Sequence record: MN871449.1
Strand: one strand, 5' to 3'
DNA length: 64,000 nt
The notes beneath the pieces were generated by a model. It ran no database searches and had not been told where the DNA came from. It saw only the letters and a program-made list of their open reading frames with translations. Below, in pieces: positions 1 to 9,934 of this stretch; within the stretch, counting starts at the first letter, position 1; every line of letters starts with the position of its first letter. Made by a program: the position numbers and the translations under genes.

Positions 1-579
1 GTTTTCGATTTAGATGACACTAAATTCGAAACTGAAGTGGCGATGACTAACTGGATCAATCGGACCTTCAACTGTGGTCTGATTTGGAAGAACCGTCTCT
101 CGAGAACCGATCCGTTTGAAGCGCCTTACCTCAAGGCGGTTTTAGAAGACGGCCATTTCATGGAAGAAGCAGAATGGGTTTCGGGCTTTGAGCAACTCCC
201 TTCGCTCATTAAAGAAATGCAAACGGTCTTTGGTTCTCGCATTCAAACGATGTTCGCCACGCACCGCGGGTATCATCCTCGCGCAGCAGAGTTTACGCAG
301 AAACAGTTTGATCGTCTGGGCATTGAGATGGAAGGGGTTTTCCTTGACCCTGCCATTGTACCGTGTAAAAAGACGTGGTTAGACCAGAACCTTAAGGGGT
401 ATCAGTATTACCTCTTTGACGATAACCCGCACTGGAATGGTACTGATCGCAACGAAGTCAGTAACGTCTTTTTGATGGACAAGTTGTGGAACCAGAAAGA
501 AACCGCTTACGAACGTCTGTTCACCTTCGATGACGTGAAGCAAAAAGTCTTCGATCTCGCGGTGAAGCATTTAGGGTAA
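1..579 (+). CDS. HAD-superfamily hydrolase, 5'(3')-deoxyribonucleotidase-like; 5'-truncated by the window edge
   Basis: Frame 1 is open from base 1 and reads VFDLDDT (HAD motif I, DxDxT) upstream of the ORF-track start at 37; LFDDNP near the C-terminus fits HAD motif IV. Confidence 0.6.
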   Translation, partial: VFDLDDTKFETEVAMTNWINRTFNCGLIWKNRLSRTDPFEAPYLKAVLEDGHFMEEAEWVSGFEQLPSLIKEMQTVFGSRIQTMFATHRGYHPRAAEFTQKQFDRLGIEMEGVFLDPAIVPCKKTWLDQNLKGYQYYLFDDNPHWNGTDRNEVSNVFLMDKLWNQKETAYERLFTFDDVKQKVFDLAVKHLG

Positions 580-584
580 AACAC

Positions 585-614
585 AAAGAGAGAGTCCATT
601 TGGACTCTCTCTTT
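585..614. terminator. Bidirectional intrinsic terminator between convergent genes
   Basis: AAAGAGAGAGTCC-ATTT-GGACTCTCTCTTT: 13-bp stem with A-tract before and T-tract after. Confidence 0.75.
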
Positions 615-617
615 TAA

Positions 618-743
618 TTATTCATCTTTTTTATTTTTGTCATCAAACAGGATAGAAATAACAAACGCTGTTGTAGCCATGGTGACAAGAATACCGGTGC
701 AAATAATTATAACGTCAACACCGGTAAGAGTACTCACACCCAT
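618..743 (-). CDS. 41-aa single-pass membrane microprotein (not in ORF track)
   Basis: Manual translation MGVSTLTGVDVIIICTGILVTMATTAFVISILFDDKNKKDE; GAGG 4 nt before the ATG; starts 10 nt after the endolysin stop and ends at the terminator. Confidence 0.55.
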   Translation of the reverse strand: MGVSTLTGVDVIIICTGILVTMATTAFVISILFDDKNKKDE

Positions 744-753
744 ATCGCCTCGC

Positions 754-1398
754 TTAAAGCGGTCGGCGTTTTTCGATTAAACAACCTTCCGCATACATGT
801 TGTAAATAACTTTAGCCACTTCCCCACGCGTAATCAACCCATCTTTGTTCACGTCGAGACCCTTGTTCTGGAGATAGGTCGTCGGACGCGTTTTATTGTC
901 CCACATGACGTAAGAATCCGGTTTGGTCACGGCAACGGGCCAGAGAATTCTTAAATACCAAGACGGCAGATCGTTCAGTTTCCCTTTATAAGGGATATAC
1001 CATTTATACACGTAGTCTAGCTGTTGTACGTTGGTCATGGACTTCCACTGATCAAGTGTGATCCCGACGTCTTTGCAGAATGCGGCACCGCCCTGAATGA
1101 TTCCCCAGTAAGGCGCGCCTGCACCGTTTTTAATTGTGGGGCTAAAGGTACGGCCGGTTTCAAACGCCATGCACGACATCAAATGACTCGGATCACCGCC
1201 TAATTTTGCCACGATGTCTTTCGTCTTGTTGACGAACTCCAGTGAGGGAATTGCACTCCACGCGATGTCATACTTCTCGAAAGAAGCATCAAGTGCCGCT
1301 TGCGAGTTCTTACCCCATAAACCATCAACGCCTTTCGGATCGAAACCCGCGTTCTTTAACGACTGCTGTAATTTTAATGCTGCGTTTTTATCAAACAT
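754..1398 (-). CDS. Modular endolysin: N-terminal peptidoglycan-binding domain plus lysozyme-like/transglycosylase domain
   Basis: LQQSLKNAGFDPKGVDGLWGKNSQAAL fits the PG_binding_1 pattern (DGxxGxxTxxA); MAFETG supplies a candidate catalytic Glu; GIIQ fits the lysozyme-fold GxxQ motif. Confidence 0.8.
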   Translation of the reverse strand: MFDKNAALKLQQSLKNAGFDPKGVDGLWGKNSQAALDASFEKYDIAWSAIPSLEFVNKTKDIVAKLGGDPSHLMSCMAFETGRTFSPTIKNGAGAPYWGIIQGGAAFCKDVGITLDQWKSMTNVQQLDYVYKWYIPYKGKLNDLPSWYLRILWPVAVTKPDSYVMWDNKTRPTTYLQNKGLDVNKDGLITRGEVAKVIYNMYAEGCLIEKRRPL

Positions 1399-1421
1399 AA
1401 TTCACCTCTCAACTATTCTTT

Positions 1422-1425
1422 CATA
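1422..1425 (-). promoter_or_regulatory. Possible late promoter core (TATG) for the endolysin
   Basis: TATG on the minus strand 24 nt upstream of the start; phiKZ-type late promoters have a TATG core. A 4-mer is weak evidence. Confidence 0.3.
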
Positions 1426-1471
1426 GGATGATTATTGCGGGCCGGCAAAATAAAAAACTTAAGAGAATAAA

Positions 1472-1499
1472 CCTCAAGGAACCCGAAGGTTCCTTGAGG
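1472..1499 (-). terminator. Terminator after the tail sheath/tube operon
   Basis: Minus strand CCTCAAGGAACC-TTCG-GGTTCCTTGAGG then TTTATT; cUUCGg tetraloop. Confidence 0.75.
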
Positions 1500-1525
1500 A
1501 ATCTATTTACTAAGGTGTTGATAAC

Positions 1526-2401
1526 TTAGATCGCCACACCAGGTTTAGACAGGCTCGAAACTAATTGTTCGATATACCCGTCGTCTCTTGCCGCCACGTC
1601 TGCTTCACGATCGCTCAGGAAGGCAGGTTGGGCGTTAAGATCGATACCCGTCTGGGACGCGCGGTCCAGCATCATCTGACCGAGCTTATCAACGCCGCGA
1701 CCTACCATCTGCAGACCGGTCATCGTCAAGGATACCTGGAGCTGTTCCGGTGAAGAGGTCTGATCTTTTGACATGCGCATTTCTGGGCCTTGGCCGGTCG
1801 GTTGCATGTTAGTGATCAGCGTAGAACGCAACGCGTAACGTTCGGTCGGATCCGGTTCCACAAACAGGATGGAGAAGGTGTTGTAATCCGGGTAAGTTGC
1901 AGCCGGGGTAATACCACCTTTACCAATAATCCCTGCGACGTTGGAGTTCGGTTCGCCCATGAAGTACAGGATGTAGTTGTTCCAGTAACGGGAAACCGGC
2001 ATCCCTACTTTTTCTACCCAGGTAAAGACCGGGACAGAACGAGCGCGACGAACCTTGGACAGCGTTTGCATCATTTCGCCGCCGCCACCGAACGGGGTTT
2101 CAACGTGTTCTACTTCCAGCGTGTAATCAATACCGTCGATCGTACGAGCGTGCATCTCGATTAGCGCTTTCAGTGAACCGCCCCATTTTTCCGGGTCATC
2201 GGTGTCTTTGAAGCAGTTAGGCAACTCCATCAGAAACGCGATGGTCGGGCGACGAGTATAATCGGCCGCAGCGTGGTAATAACGGAAGTCAGGGGTATAG
2301 CCATAGGGTGCTGGGATTTCCAAGTTCGTCACGGGACCATTGGCCCCGTTAGCGTACGAACTATTAGCACTCATGACTGTGTTCGGATCTTTCTTAGCCA
2401 T
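1526..2401 (-). CDS. Tail tube protein (phiKZ gp30-like)
   Basis: 291 aa, overlaps the sheath stop, strong expression-type codon bias; size and position match the chimallivirus tube gene. Confidence 0.75.
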   Translation of the reverse strand: MAKKDPNTVMSANSSYANGANGPVTNLEIPAPYGYTPDFRYYHAAADYTRRPTIAFLMELPNCFKDTDDPEKWGGSLKALIEMHARTIDGIDYTLEVEHVETPFGGGGEMMQTLSKVRRARSVPVFTWVEKVGMPVSRYWNNYILYFMGEPNSNVAGIIGKGGITPAATYPDYNTFSILFVEPDPTERYALRSTLITNMQPTGQGPEMRMSKDQTSSPEQLQVSLTMTGLQMVGRGVDKLGQMMLDRASQTGIDLNAQPAFLSDREADVAARDDGYIEQLVSSLSKPGVAI

Positions 2402-4463
2402 TTGCTAATTCCTCTCTGGTGTATGCGACAGAAGACATATCCATTACGGTACGGAACGCGTTAGCACCGAAGTCAATGCGCATAGACCAAGAATAACCAC
2501 GTTCTTTATCGGCCTGGGTAATCTCAGAATGCGGCGTAAAGATCAGGCGGTTATCGAAGGCACCGGCACCGCGGGTGCTCACGATTTCGTCAGAGCGCTC
2601 AATCAACTGATCGTCGGTGAGTTTCTGAGTACCGCTCAGGTCACGCCACGCTTCGAAGGCGAAGCGGTTCAGGTTAGCCACGCACAGACCCACGATAGCC
2701 GCCTTCAGTACGGAACCTTGTTCGCTGTAGAACGACTGCTGGCCCGGGTAGAACTGCGAACCGGTATCGTAGTCTTCTACGTAAACCAGGTTGTTGTTCC
2801 ACTGCGCACGACGAACGCGCCAGGATTTATCGAGGTTGTTAATATTTTTAACCACCTGGACTTTCCGGTTCTCACCTTCATCCACCGCGTATTCCGGTTT
2901 GAGTACACCGTCAGAAGCACCGGCATACTGACAGTAAGCACGGAAACGGTCGAGAGTCAGCGGGACCGCCAGCTTACGCGTAGTTTCCGTGTAATAACCT
3001 GCACCACCTACGATCATACCGCGGAACGCCGGGGTACCGAAATCAGAGGAGTCCGGGAAAGCGTTTACGCGAGACATCAGGGACAGCGCGATCGATTCTT
3101 CTTCTTCATTGCTGTTGAAGTCGAGACTGATGTCCTGAGTCGACAGGGCGATCCAGGTGTCTGCACGCAGACCGATCAGTTGCGGAATCAGTTGTTTGGT
3201 CTTCAGGTCGAAACCGGAGTCCCAGAACGCATTGAACGGATAACGCGCGTAGTTACCGATATTGAAAGATGCGCCGCTGGACATGTTGAACAGCACCAGG
3301 TTAGCGGCAGCGTTGAAACTGGCGTTACCCAGCGTACCGTCACCACCGCCTTGCAGGTAGTTGGTGGAGGTTTCTGTCAGCGTGACGCCACCGTCCAGTA
3401 CGCCCATAATCTGAACAGCGTGATACGGTACACCTTCTACCGTCTGCGCGCCGAACAGGTTAATTGTGTAGAGATCCGCTTCATCGTCAGAAACCGTACC
3501 GAAGGTGGATTCCACCGACTGTACTGCTTTCAGGACGGTATCAATGTTGGACTGATACAGGTACGGCGCATCGATCGGCGACATCAGGTAAGTCGATGGA
3601 TCTTCGTCGTTGTAACGACTTTCGATACGTTCCGCGAAATCGTAAACCACTTCGGTCTGCGGATCGACTAAGTTCTCACCGAAACCGACCGACAGAGACG
3701 CTTCATTATAGATCGTCTCAAAAATAGTTGGTGAACTGTTTTTATCGGTACGGGTCAGGAGCTGGAAGCGGTACAGGAACGATTTGATACGTTCTTGCAG
3801 ATCGGCATCAGCGGCCTGAGTCGAATTGACAGTCGGTGCCCAAATACGGATCGCTGTATTCGCGCCGAGAGACGATTTATAACGGCAACGGAAATCGGCC
3901 AGTGGCGTGATCGTTGACGGGTTCTCAGCGGTACCGATTGTCCCCGCAGAAGCGGTACGTTTTTTGTACTGGGAAACGCCCGACTCGTCCGTCTCGATTT
4001 TAGAGAGAACAAAGCGGAACTTGATCCCGTCTACTTGCGTGGCCAGCGGAATTTTGTCACCGTTGGTATCGGTTTTATAAGTTCCGTCGTCGTTACGCTC
4101 ATAGTCGTCGATTTTGGTTTTTACCCAATCGACGGAGAGACCCAGCGTGGCGACGTCAGGGATATCTGCCGGTTCCAGACGCAAGGCCAGGAACTGGTTA
4201 CCCGCTGCAATCGCTTCCTTAATAAAAGGAGTACTGTGGGTCGCATAAACGCCGGAAAGGTTGGTAGTTTCGCTACCGTAAATGTCTTCGAATTTTACCG
4301 GATCGATCCAGGTAGGGACAGTTGGACCTTTCTGGCCGAAGAACATGATGAGCGGTCGATGAAGAGCCAGGGTCGTCGTTGAACCCGTAGAACGGGTGAA
4401 CGAAATATCCTTCGTACCGCGGTAATAAATTCTGGGTGTTGATCCCGTAATTTGTTCTGACAT
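2394..4463 (-). CDS. Contractile tail sheath protein (phiKZ gp29-like)
   Basis: 689 aa; N-terminal PLIMFFGQKGP..P and C-terminal NAFWDSGFDLKTK resemble phiKZ-type sheath proteins; divergent from the structural/terminase operon as in phiKZ. Confidence 0.85.
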   Translation of the reverse strand: MSEQITGSTPRIYYRGTKDISFTRSTGSTTTLALHRPLIMFFGQKGPTVPTWIDPVKFEDIYGSETTNLSGVYATHSTPFIKEAIAAGNQFLALRLEPADIPDVATLGLSVDWVKTKIDDYERNDDGTYKTDTNGDKIPLATQVDGIKFRFVLSKIETDESGVSQYKKRTASAGTIGTAENPSTITPLADFRCRYKSSLGANTAIRIWAPTVNSTQAADADLQERIKSFLYRFQLLTRTDKNSSPTIFETIYNEASLSVGFGENLVDPQTEVVYDFAERIESRYNDEDPSTYLMSPIDAPYLYQSNIDTVLKAVQSVESTFGTVSDDEADLYTINLFGAQTVEGVPYHAVQIMGVLDGGVTLTETSTNYLQGGGDGTLGNASFNAAANLVLFNMSSGASFNIGNYARYPFNAFWDSGFDLKTKQLIPQLIGLRADTWIALSTQDISLDFNSNEEEESIALSLMSRVNAFPDSSDFGTPAFRGMIVGGAGYYTETTRKLAVPLTLDRFRAYCQYAGASDGVLKPEYAVDEGENRKVQVVKNINNLDKSWRVRRAQWNNNLVYVEDYDTGSQFYPGQQSFYSEQGSVLKAAIVGLCVANLNRFAFEAWRDLSGTQKLTDDQLIERSDEIVSTRGAGAFDNRLIFTPHSEITQADKERGYSWSMRIDFGANAFRTVMDMSSVAYTREELANG

Positions 4464-4494
4464 GTCTTTTGCCTCTTAAAAAGAGTGGGTACCG

Positions 4495-4505
4495 CATAAA
4501 TTATG
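4495..4505. promoter_or_regulatory. Back-to-back TATG cores (possible divergent late promoters)
   Basis: CATA at 4495-4498 (TATG on minus, toward the sheath) and TATG at 4502-4505 (plus, toward 4627) in the divergent intergenic region. Confidence 0.35.
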
Positions 4506-4626
4506 TAGCTACTTGATGACGCTAAATCCAAGCTTGGGTGGTTTTTAAACCATAGTTTACCGGTAATACGGAAACGTCGTCATATTAACATTCTATAGGT
4601 CACGGTCATTATCGGAGAATTAAGCA

Positions 4627-5565
4627 ATGTTTAAACACAGTTTTGACACCTCAGCCGGCAGTTCTATTTTTCCTGCGAGTCTACCCGGGAAGATGTTGGT
4701 GGCGAACGCAGAAGGTGCATTAACCCCAATTAACCACTTTAAAGGGCTGTTCGCGGTACTGGAGAAAACCCCAGAATTGGAAGCCATTCCTGTCTTTCGT
4801 CATCCCCTTTCTCAAGAAGTTCAAAGTATACCGTATACATATATTGATCTTCGCCCTTACCGCGGGACGTTAAAATTAAATGCAGACGGCACCACAGACT
4901 TTGTTAATGAAGGTTCTGTCGGGATCATTTTCCGCCGTGCTGTTCTGGAGATGGCTTGGTCGGAAGGGAATATCGATGCGTTCTATTTCAACGTCGATGT
5001 CCCGTTGGCAATCTTTGCTAAGTGGTTAACTGGGCTGCTCAAAAACAAACTGAACCTGAATGAGCTGGTTGCAGAAAAACTCAAAGCAATCACTGCTTAT
5101 TATTACTACTGCTTACACTGCGATGCGAAAGACTTTAACGATCGTCGTCACGAGGTCTTCTGCGTGAAGATCAGTCGCATCCTGAATATCCCTTATCAGA
5201 AACTGGATTTGTGGTTGCGTCCGGTTGGCTACATGGCGAACCTCGATGACTATTGCAAAGCGTTAGCTGAATTCGGTGAGAGTTTATCACTGAAACGAAT
5301 TGACAAACGCATTCTCTGGACGTTGACATCAACTAGCTGGTTTGGTAGTTCAGAAGTCCGTGAGCAATTGGCCGTGGCGCTCGAATACCCGCCGATGTTT
5401 ATTGCCATGATTTATTCAGCGTGTGCCGGTGAAAAACAATACCGTAAAGCATGGTTAACGCAGTTGATTGACCGTGAAGGTCGTAATCTGAAAACCGACG
5501 ATTTCGTTGCTCGTGTTAACGACCTGATCGCATTGACGGCGAATCATCACGAGAAAACTTATTAA
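4627..5565 (+). CDS. Virion structural protein (phiKZ gp28 position)
   Basis: 312 aa; first of three genes between sheath and terminase, as in phiKZ-like phages. Confidence 0.6.
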   Translation: MFKHSFDTSAGSSIFPASLPGKMLVANAEGALTPINHFKGLFAVLEKTPELEAIPVFRHPLSQEVQSIPYTYIDLRPYRGTLKLNADGTTDFVNEGSVGIIFRRAVLEMAWSEGNIDAFYFNVDVPLAIFAKWLTGLLKNKLNLNELVAEKLKAITAYYYYCLHCDAKDFNDRRHEVFCVKISRILNIPYQKLDLWLRPVGYMANLDDYCKALAEFGESLSLKRIDKRILWTLTSTSWFGSSEVREQLAVALEYPPMFIAMIYSACAGEKQYRKAWLTQLIDREGRNLKTDDFVARVNDLIALTANHHEKTY

Positions 5566-5573
5566 AGTAGAAG

Positions 5574-8132
5574 GTGCGTGTAATGAATTCCGTAACCGAA
5601 AGTTTCCTTCTCGATCATGCACGCACGAATTTGTGGTGTGCACCTATTCAGGATCGTCAGGTCATTCTCGATCTGACGCGAATCAGTCGAGACAGTGGTG
5701 CGAAAGTTTCCAGTACCATTCTCTGGGTTGATACCCCATTACCTACCGAAGGCGACGTCTATCATCTTTATCAGATCGGGGCAAACAGTCGTTGGCGTAC
5801 AGGTCTCCCTGACGTTCGCGGAAAATGGATGGCGTTGGGACCTTACAGCGAAGCGACTGCGCTGATCATTGACCTCTATCTGGAAACGGGCGTTAAACTC
5901 CCGCTCTTTAGCAGTTACGTTCTTCGTACCTACGACGACAATTTGATCATTGCGATTAAAGAGCACGCTATCTTTGGCGAGTTAAGTGAAAAGAAAGCGT
6001 ATCTCAGAATTTACAACAACGCCTTTTTCCGTTCAGAGCGAAGTAATAACATCGGTCAGAAAGTGGCTTATATCGGCAGAGAGATTACTAAGCAAACTGA
6101 TATCGCTGCGTTTATTAATGGGTTGCGGCCGCTGCAAACCTTAACCGGTGTAACCAATATTTACCATAATGGCGTGTGGAAGCCGGAAATCAAATCGACT
6201 GATATTTCCATTGGTGACCTGGTTGAGGCAGTTTACGACGCCGCGGTGAGTCACGTGGTGGACTTCAAAGTCTCGTCGCTGTACGACTATACGTCGACGT
6301 TAGACAACCTGAAGAAGTACCTGCTGCACCCGAGTAAAAATACGCACGATAACGAAATCTATTACGTCGACGATATCGATTTGTTCATGTACAAAGTCGG
6401 CGCGAATGATTCGGTTTCAGGTCGCTATTATCACCGCAATAAAGAGAACAGTCTGCGTAACGTAACTCATGCTGATTACAGTATTCCGACGGGTTATGTT
6501 TCGGCTTATCTGAATGATGGCTGGACAACGTACGACAACCTTTATATTCGTCTTCATCTTCGTGAGTCCGGTTTTAAACGCCCTCTCATCGACGAGGTGA
6601 ATCGGATTGAAACACTTTACCGTTTAAGCGACACTGACATTCTCAGAGCAATGATTGGACTCGATTCCACGTTGGCTGAGTGGCGTGTAGAGAACCTGGA
6701 AAACTCTCTTTATACGGCGATCATGCGAAACTTCTGGGGCTCGTTTACAGCGACGGACGTCATCAACGCTTACGGTTACAACGCATTAGCAAAACTCTTT
6801 GCGTTAAACCCAACGAAGGTGACGCCTTCCTCGAACGGTGGTTTTGTCGATCTACCCTTTGGACTCTCGCTCTGTTCTACGCTCTTTGAGTACGACGAAG
6901 ACGGGGTGTTGTTGGGCTGGAATCAGCACGGTTACTCGGAACGCTACTTCGTGAAGAATGAGCGGGCAGCGCTGGTTGAGGGGTTCATGGGGTGGGGTAA
7001 GAAAGCCATTACCTGGGCGCCCAGTAACAACAACTACACGCTGGACGATAAGTACCAATACTACTTCTTTAAAGCGGCGATCAACAAAGGAGTTGTCTCC
7101 GACGTCTGGGAACCGGCCGTAGAAGGGACGGATTACACGGTCTTAAATAATGTCGTCACGTGGATTCACGTCAAGGCCAGAAACATGGGCCTGATCCTCA
7201 GTAGCTCTGAGGCGCTTGTATACGATCAGGTTGTAGGGAGTTCGGACGGGATCTTCCGCTTTACACTGACCTACGGTAAGACGCTCGGGACGATTCTTCC
7301 TATTCGGCCACAACAACTGCGCGTGTGGATGAATGGCCATCCGTTGATTGAAGGGCTCGACTATATCCTGGACGGAAATAAAGGAACGGTCATCACCAAT
7401 CGTTACTACGATGAAACGTTAGGCAACAGTCAAAACTTTACTTTTGCCTGTTTAGGTTGGGAAACGCCAAGCGCGAAGTACAAAAGACCGCTGAATATCG
7501 GATTCGTGGATCACGGTTATGTCAGTGTGAACGGTACGTTTGATATTCGTGACGACAAGGTTATACGTACGATTATTGACGGGAAAGTGGTTGACCCTTC
7601 AACAGTGCCGTTTATTGAAGACGCTGACGAAAAACAAATCCCGTTACTCCCTAACGGCTTACCTTACTGCGAAGAGACGGTTTTCGTTCCGCTGTACGGG
7701 ATATCGACGAATGCGAACGCTGAGTTGATTCAGATGGGTGCCGAAAGCGATAAGCGTGTCAGTGACTACATGACGTTGAAGTACCCGGAGAAGGTCTTAA
7801 CCGGCCCTAACCCAATCAGCGAACGTTATCGGATGTTCTCGGTAGTGATCACACGACTGATCTTCGATCTTGATAACGGAACCATCACTGAGCCGTTGAA
7901 CGTTAATGACAAAGTCTCGCTTGACCGTGTCATGAAGAACTACAGCGAGTACCTCGATATTGACCCGTGCCGAAGCGTCTGGAATACAAACTACATTTTC
8001 ATTGACGCACATCCGTTTAGCTCCGCCGTCGCGGTAACCACAAAGCGCTGGAAGTTCCTTCAGAACGTCAATCAGTATTACCTGAATAATCGTCTGTCGC
8101 TTAATAACTATTTCTTTATAAAGGAATCCTGA
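5574..8132 (+). CDS. Large virion structural/baseplate protein (phiKZ gp27 position)
   Basis: 852 aa; beta-rich VWMNGHPLIEGLDY segment typical of tail/baseplate proteins; synteny. Confidence 0.65.
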   Translation: MRVMNSVTESFLLDHARTNLWCAPIQDRQVILDLTRISRDSGAKVSSTILWVDTPLPTEGDVYHLYQIGANSRWRTGLPDVRGKWMALGPYSEATALIIDLYLETGVKLPLFSSYVLRTYDDNLIIAIKEHAIFGELSEKKAYLRIYNNAFFRSERSNNIGQKVAYIGREITKQTDIAAFINGLRPLQTLTGVTNIYHNGVWKPEIKSTDISIGDLVEAVYDAAVSHVVDFKVSSLYDYTSTLDNLKKYLLHPSKNTHDNEIYYVDDIDLFMYKVGANDSVSGRYYHRNKENSLRNVTHADYSIPTGYVSAYLNDGWTTYDNLYIRLHLRESGFKRPLIDEVNRIETLYRLSDTDILRAMIGLDSTLAEWRVENLENSLYTAIMRNFWGSFTATDVINAYGYNALAKLFALNPTKVTPSSNGGFVDLPFGLSLCSTLFEYDEDGVLLGWNQHGYSERYFVKNERAALVEGFMGWGKKAITWAPSNNNYTLDDKYQYYFFKAAINKGVVSDVWEPAVEGTDYTVLNNVVTWIHVKARNMGLILSSSEALVYDQVVGSSDGIFRFTLTYGKTLGTILPIRPQQLRVWMNGHPLIEGLDYILDGNKGTVITNRYYDETLGNSQNFTFACLGWETPSAKYKRPLNIGFVDHGYVSVNGTFDIRDDKVIRTIIDGKVVDPSTVPFIEDADEKQIPLLPNGLPYCEETVFVPLYGISTNANAELIQMGAESDKRVSDYMTLKYPEKVLTGPNPISERYRMFSVVITRLIFDLDNGTITEPLNVNDKVSLDRVMKNYSEYLDIDPCRSVWNTNYIFIDAHPFSSAVAVTTKRWKFLQNVNQYYLNNRLSLNNYFFIKES

Positions 8133-8133
8133 A

Positions 8134-9843
8134 ATGACCACATCGACCACGAGTAGTGGGGTGCGTTACGCATTAGCGTTAACGGACAGTACGCCGTCTG
8201 ACGTCCCCATTTGGAACCCGAATGGATTATGGAAAGAATGGGACATGTCCGAGATCTATGTCGGACCAGCAGGGATTGGTAGCGGTAACAAAGGCCGGTT
8301 TGTGCCGAATGTTGGTAACCGTATCTTCGACAAAACTTCAGGTCTCTATATCGTTACCGAAGTCGATACCTCAACATTACTTTCTAAGTGGATTGCGTAC
8401 AATGTTCCTACTACGATTGATAACTCCATCGATATTCTGCTGGGAGTCGGTAGCCGTTACCCGCAACCTGGCTATTTCGTTTATGTCGACAATACCGTTT
8501 CACCACCGGAGATGGCATTCGACAGTTTAATGAGAGCCTATCAACCTACTGCGACTTACGTGCGAGTTTTCTCTAACATGTCCAGTACTGGTAACCTCGA
8601 AGTGCTTTCAGCGTATTACAATCAGTCCGGTGAACTCGAAAGCGATAAAATCCCTCTGATGACAATCGATGGGGATGGAACCGGTAATTACCGTATTCCC
8701 GTGACTGCCAACGCTACGCGTAAAATCACCAACGGTGAGACAGTCCTGGTGGTGTTCTACGACGCTGCGGGGTTACCGACGTCCCGTTTCACAATGACCG
8801 TTGTTGACTCTGGTATTATTCGTCAATCGAATTCAGCGAAACGTTCTATTGACTCGGTCGCCTTGGTCAGCAGTTACCTGTCGGCAACCGACCCTAACCG
8901 CCTGAATGTTCCGGTCAATCTTCTGATGACCTCCATCGATGTCAGCGCGAAGGTAACGTACACTGATGGCAGCTCGGTCATTAAACCGGTGGACGGCAGT
9001 AAGATCTACCTGTCTGGTTTAGCGGAGTTTATCCCGACGCAATCGGGTCAAAACAGCCCACTGACGCTTTTCTATCAGCTCGACACGACAGAGAGCTTTA
9101 AAGGGACAACGACAGCTTCTGGAACGATCACGGTTCCCTATACGATCGAAACTGTAACTTTACCGAATGCCTATGCGGTTAAACTCTTCATGTTCCCGGA
9201 ATGGCAGCGGAACGGTAACGGGTTTAAGCTCCGTCACTTTATGTATTCGCTCGATCGTCTGGCGATGTACGAAGTGACCGATATCGTCGAAGCGTCGCCG
9301 GGTTCGGCGGTTTGGGACCCTACGCTTTACAACACCAAACAGCACATGATATTTGCGCTTGATATTTCCAAAGTCTCTGCTTCGTTTGGCTCCTATCGAC
9401 ATGTACAGAGCAACGACATCACCCTGATGGCCAATGGTGAATCGGGCGTTGATAGTCCGTGGTACGTCAACTACGAACTGGGTGACGAAGACTACGGCGG
9501 ATCGTTAGAATGTCGTCTGAAATACATTTCGTCTCAGGTTTGGTCGACTGACCTTACCATGGGAGCCCAGACACAGAACGAATGGCTGGATCGGTTATAT
9601 TACCGTCTTCACCCGTTGTTTGACACTGAGACAGAAACGGAAGCGCCGATGCCGACGCACTTCATTCTTCAGGTGGATAACATTCGAGTCAGACAACCGA
9701 TCTCTGCCTGGAACACGACGTTTACCATTGCAACCGGTGGGCACGTAGGTGAATTGGCGCTCGTTCATTGGGTACGTTCAGTGAACGGGGTGGATTTACA
9801 ACTTGCGTCTTCCGGTTTGATCATACGTCAAACACTGAGTTAA
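8134..9843 (+). CDS. Virion structural/baseplate protein (phiKZ gp26 position)
   Basis: 569 aa, Thr/Ser/Val-rich, Ig-like segment (VSAKVTYTDGS); directly upstream of the terminase. Confidence 0.65.
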   Translation: MTTSTTSSGVRYALALTDSTPSDVPIWNPNGLWKEWDMSEIYVGPAGIGSGNKGRFVPNVGNRIFDKTSGLYIVTEVDTSTLLSKWIAYNVPTTIDNSIDILLGVGSRYPQPGYFVYVDNTVSPPEMAFDSLMRAYQPTATYVRVFSNMSSTGNLEVLSAYYNQSGELESDKIPLMTIDGDGTGNYRIPVTANATRKITNGETVLVVFYDAAGLPTSRFTMTVVDSGIIRQSNSAKRSIDSVALVSSYLSATDPNRLNVPVNLLMTSIDVSAKVTYTDGSSVIKPVDGSKIYLSGLAEFIPTQSGQNSPLTLFYQLDTTESFKGTTTASGTITVPYTIETVTLPNAYAVKLFMFPEWQRNGNGFKLRHFMYSLDRLAMYEVTDIVEASPGSAVWDPTLYNTKQHMIFALDISKVSASFGSYRHVQSNDITLMANGESGVDSPWYVNYELGDEDYGGSLECRLKYISSQVWSTDLTMGAQTQNEWLDRLYYRLHPLFDTETETEAPMPTHFILQVDNIRVRQPISAWNTTFTIATGGHVGELALVHWVRSVNGVDLQLASSGLIIRQTLS

Positions 9844-9857
9844 AAGTACAAACCCTT

Positions 9858-9887
9858 GGTACAGGAGGCTTAATGGCCTCCTGTACC
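9858..9887 (+). terminator. 12-bp hairpin without a clear U-tract
   Basis: GGTACAGGAGGC-TTAATG-GCCTCCTGTACC, followed by a TATG at 9899-9902 upstream of terL. Confidence 0.45.
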
Positions 9888-9934
9888 GCTATATTCCCTA
9901 TGATATTGTCTTTTCGTTGTCAGAGGGAAACTCT

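Noticed and set aside
2529-3671. 380-aa plus-strand ORF antisense to the tail sheath
   Set aside because: Shadow ORF produced by the strong codon bias of the sheath gene; no RBS or motif.
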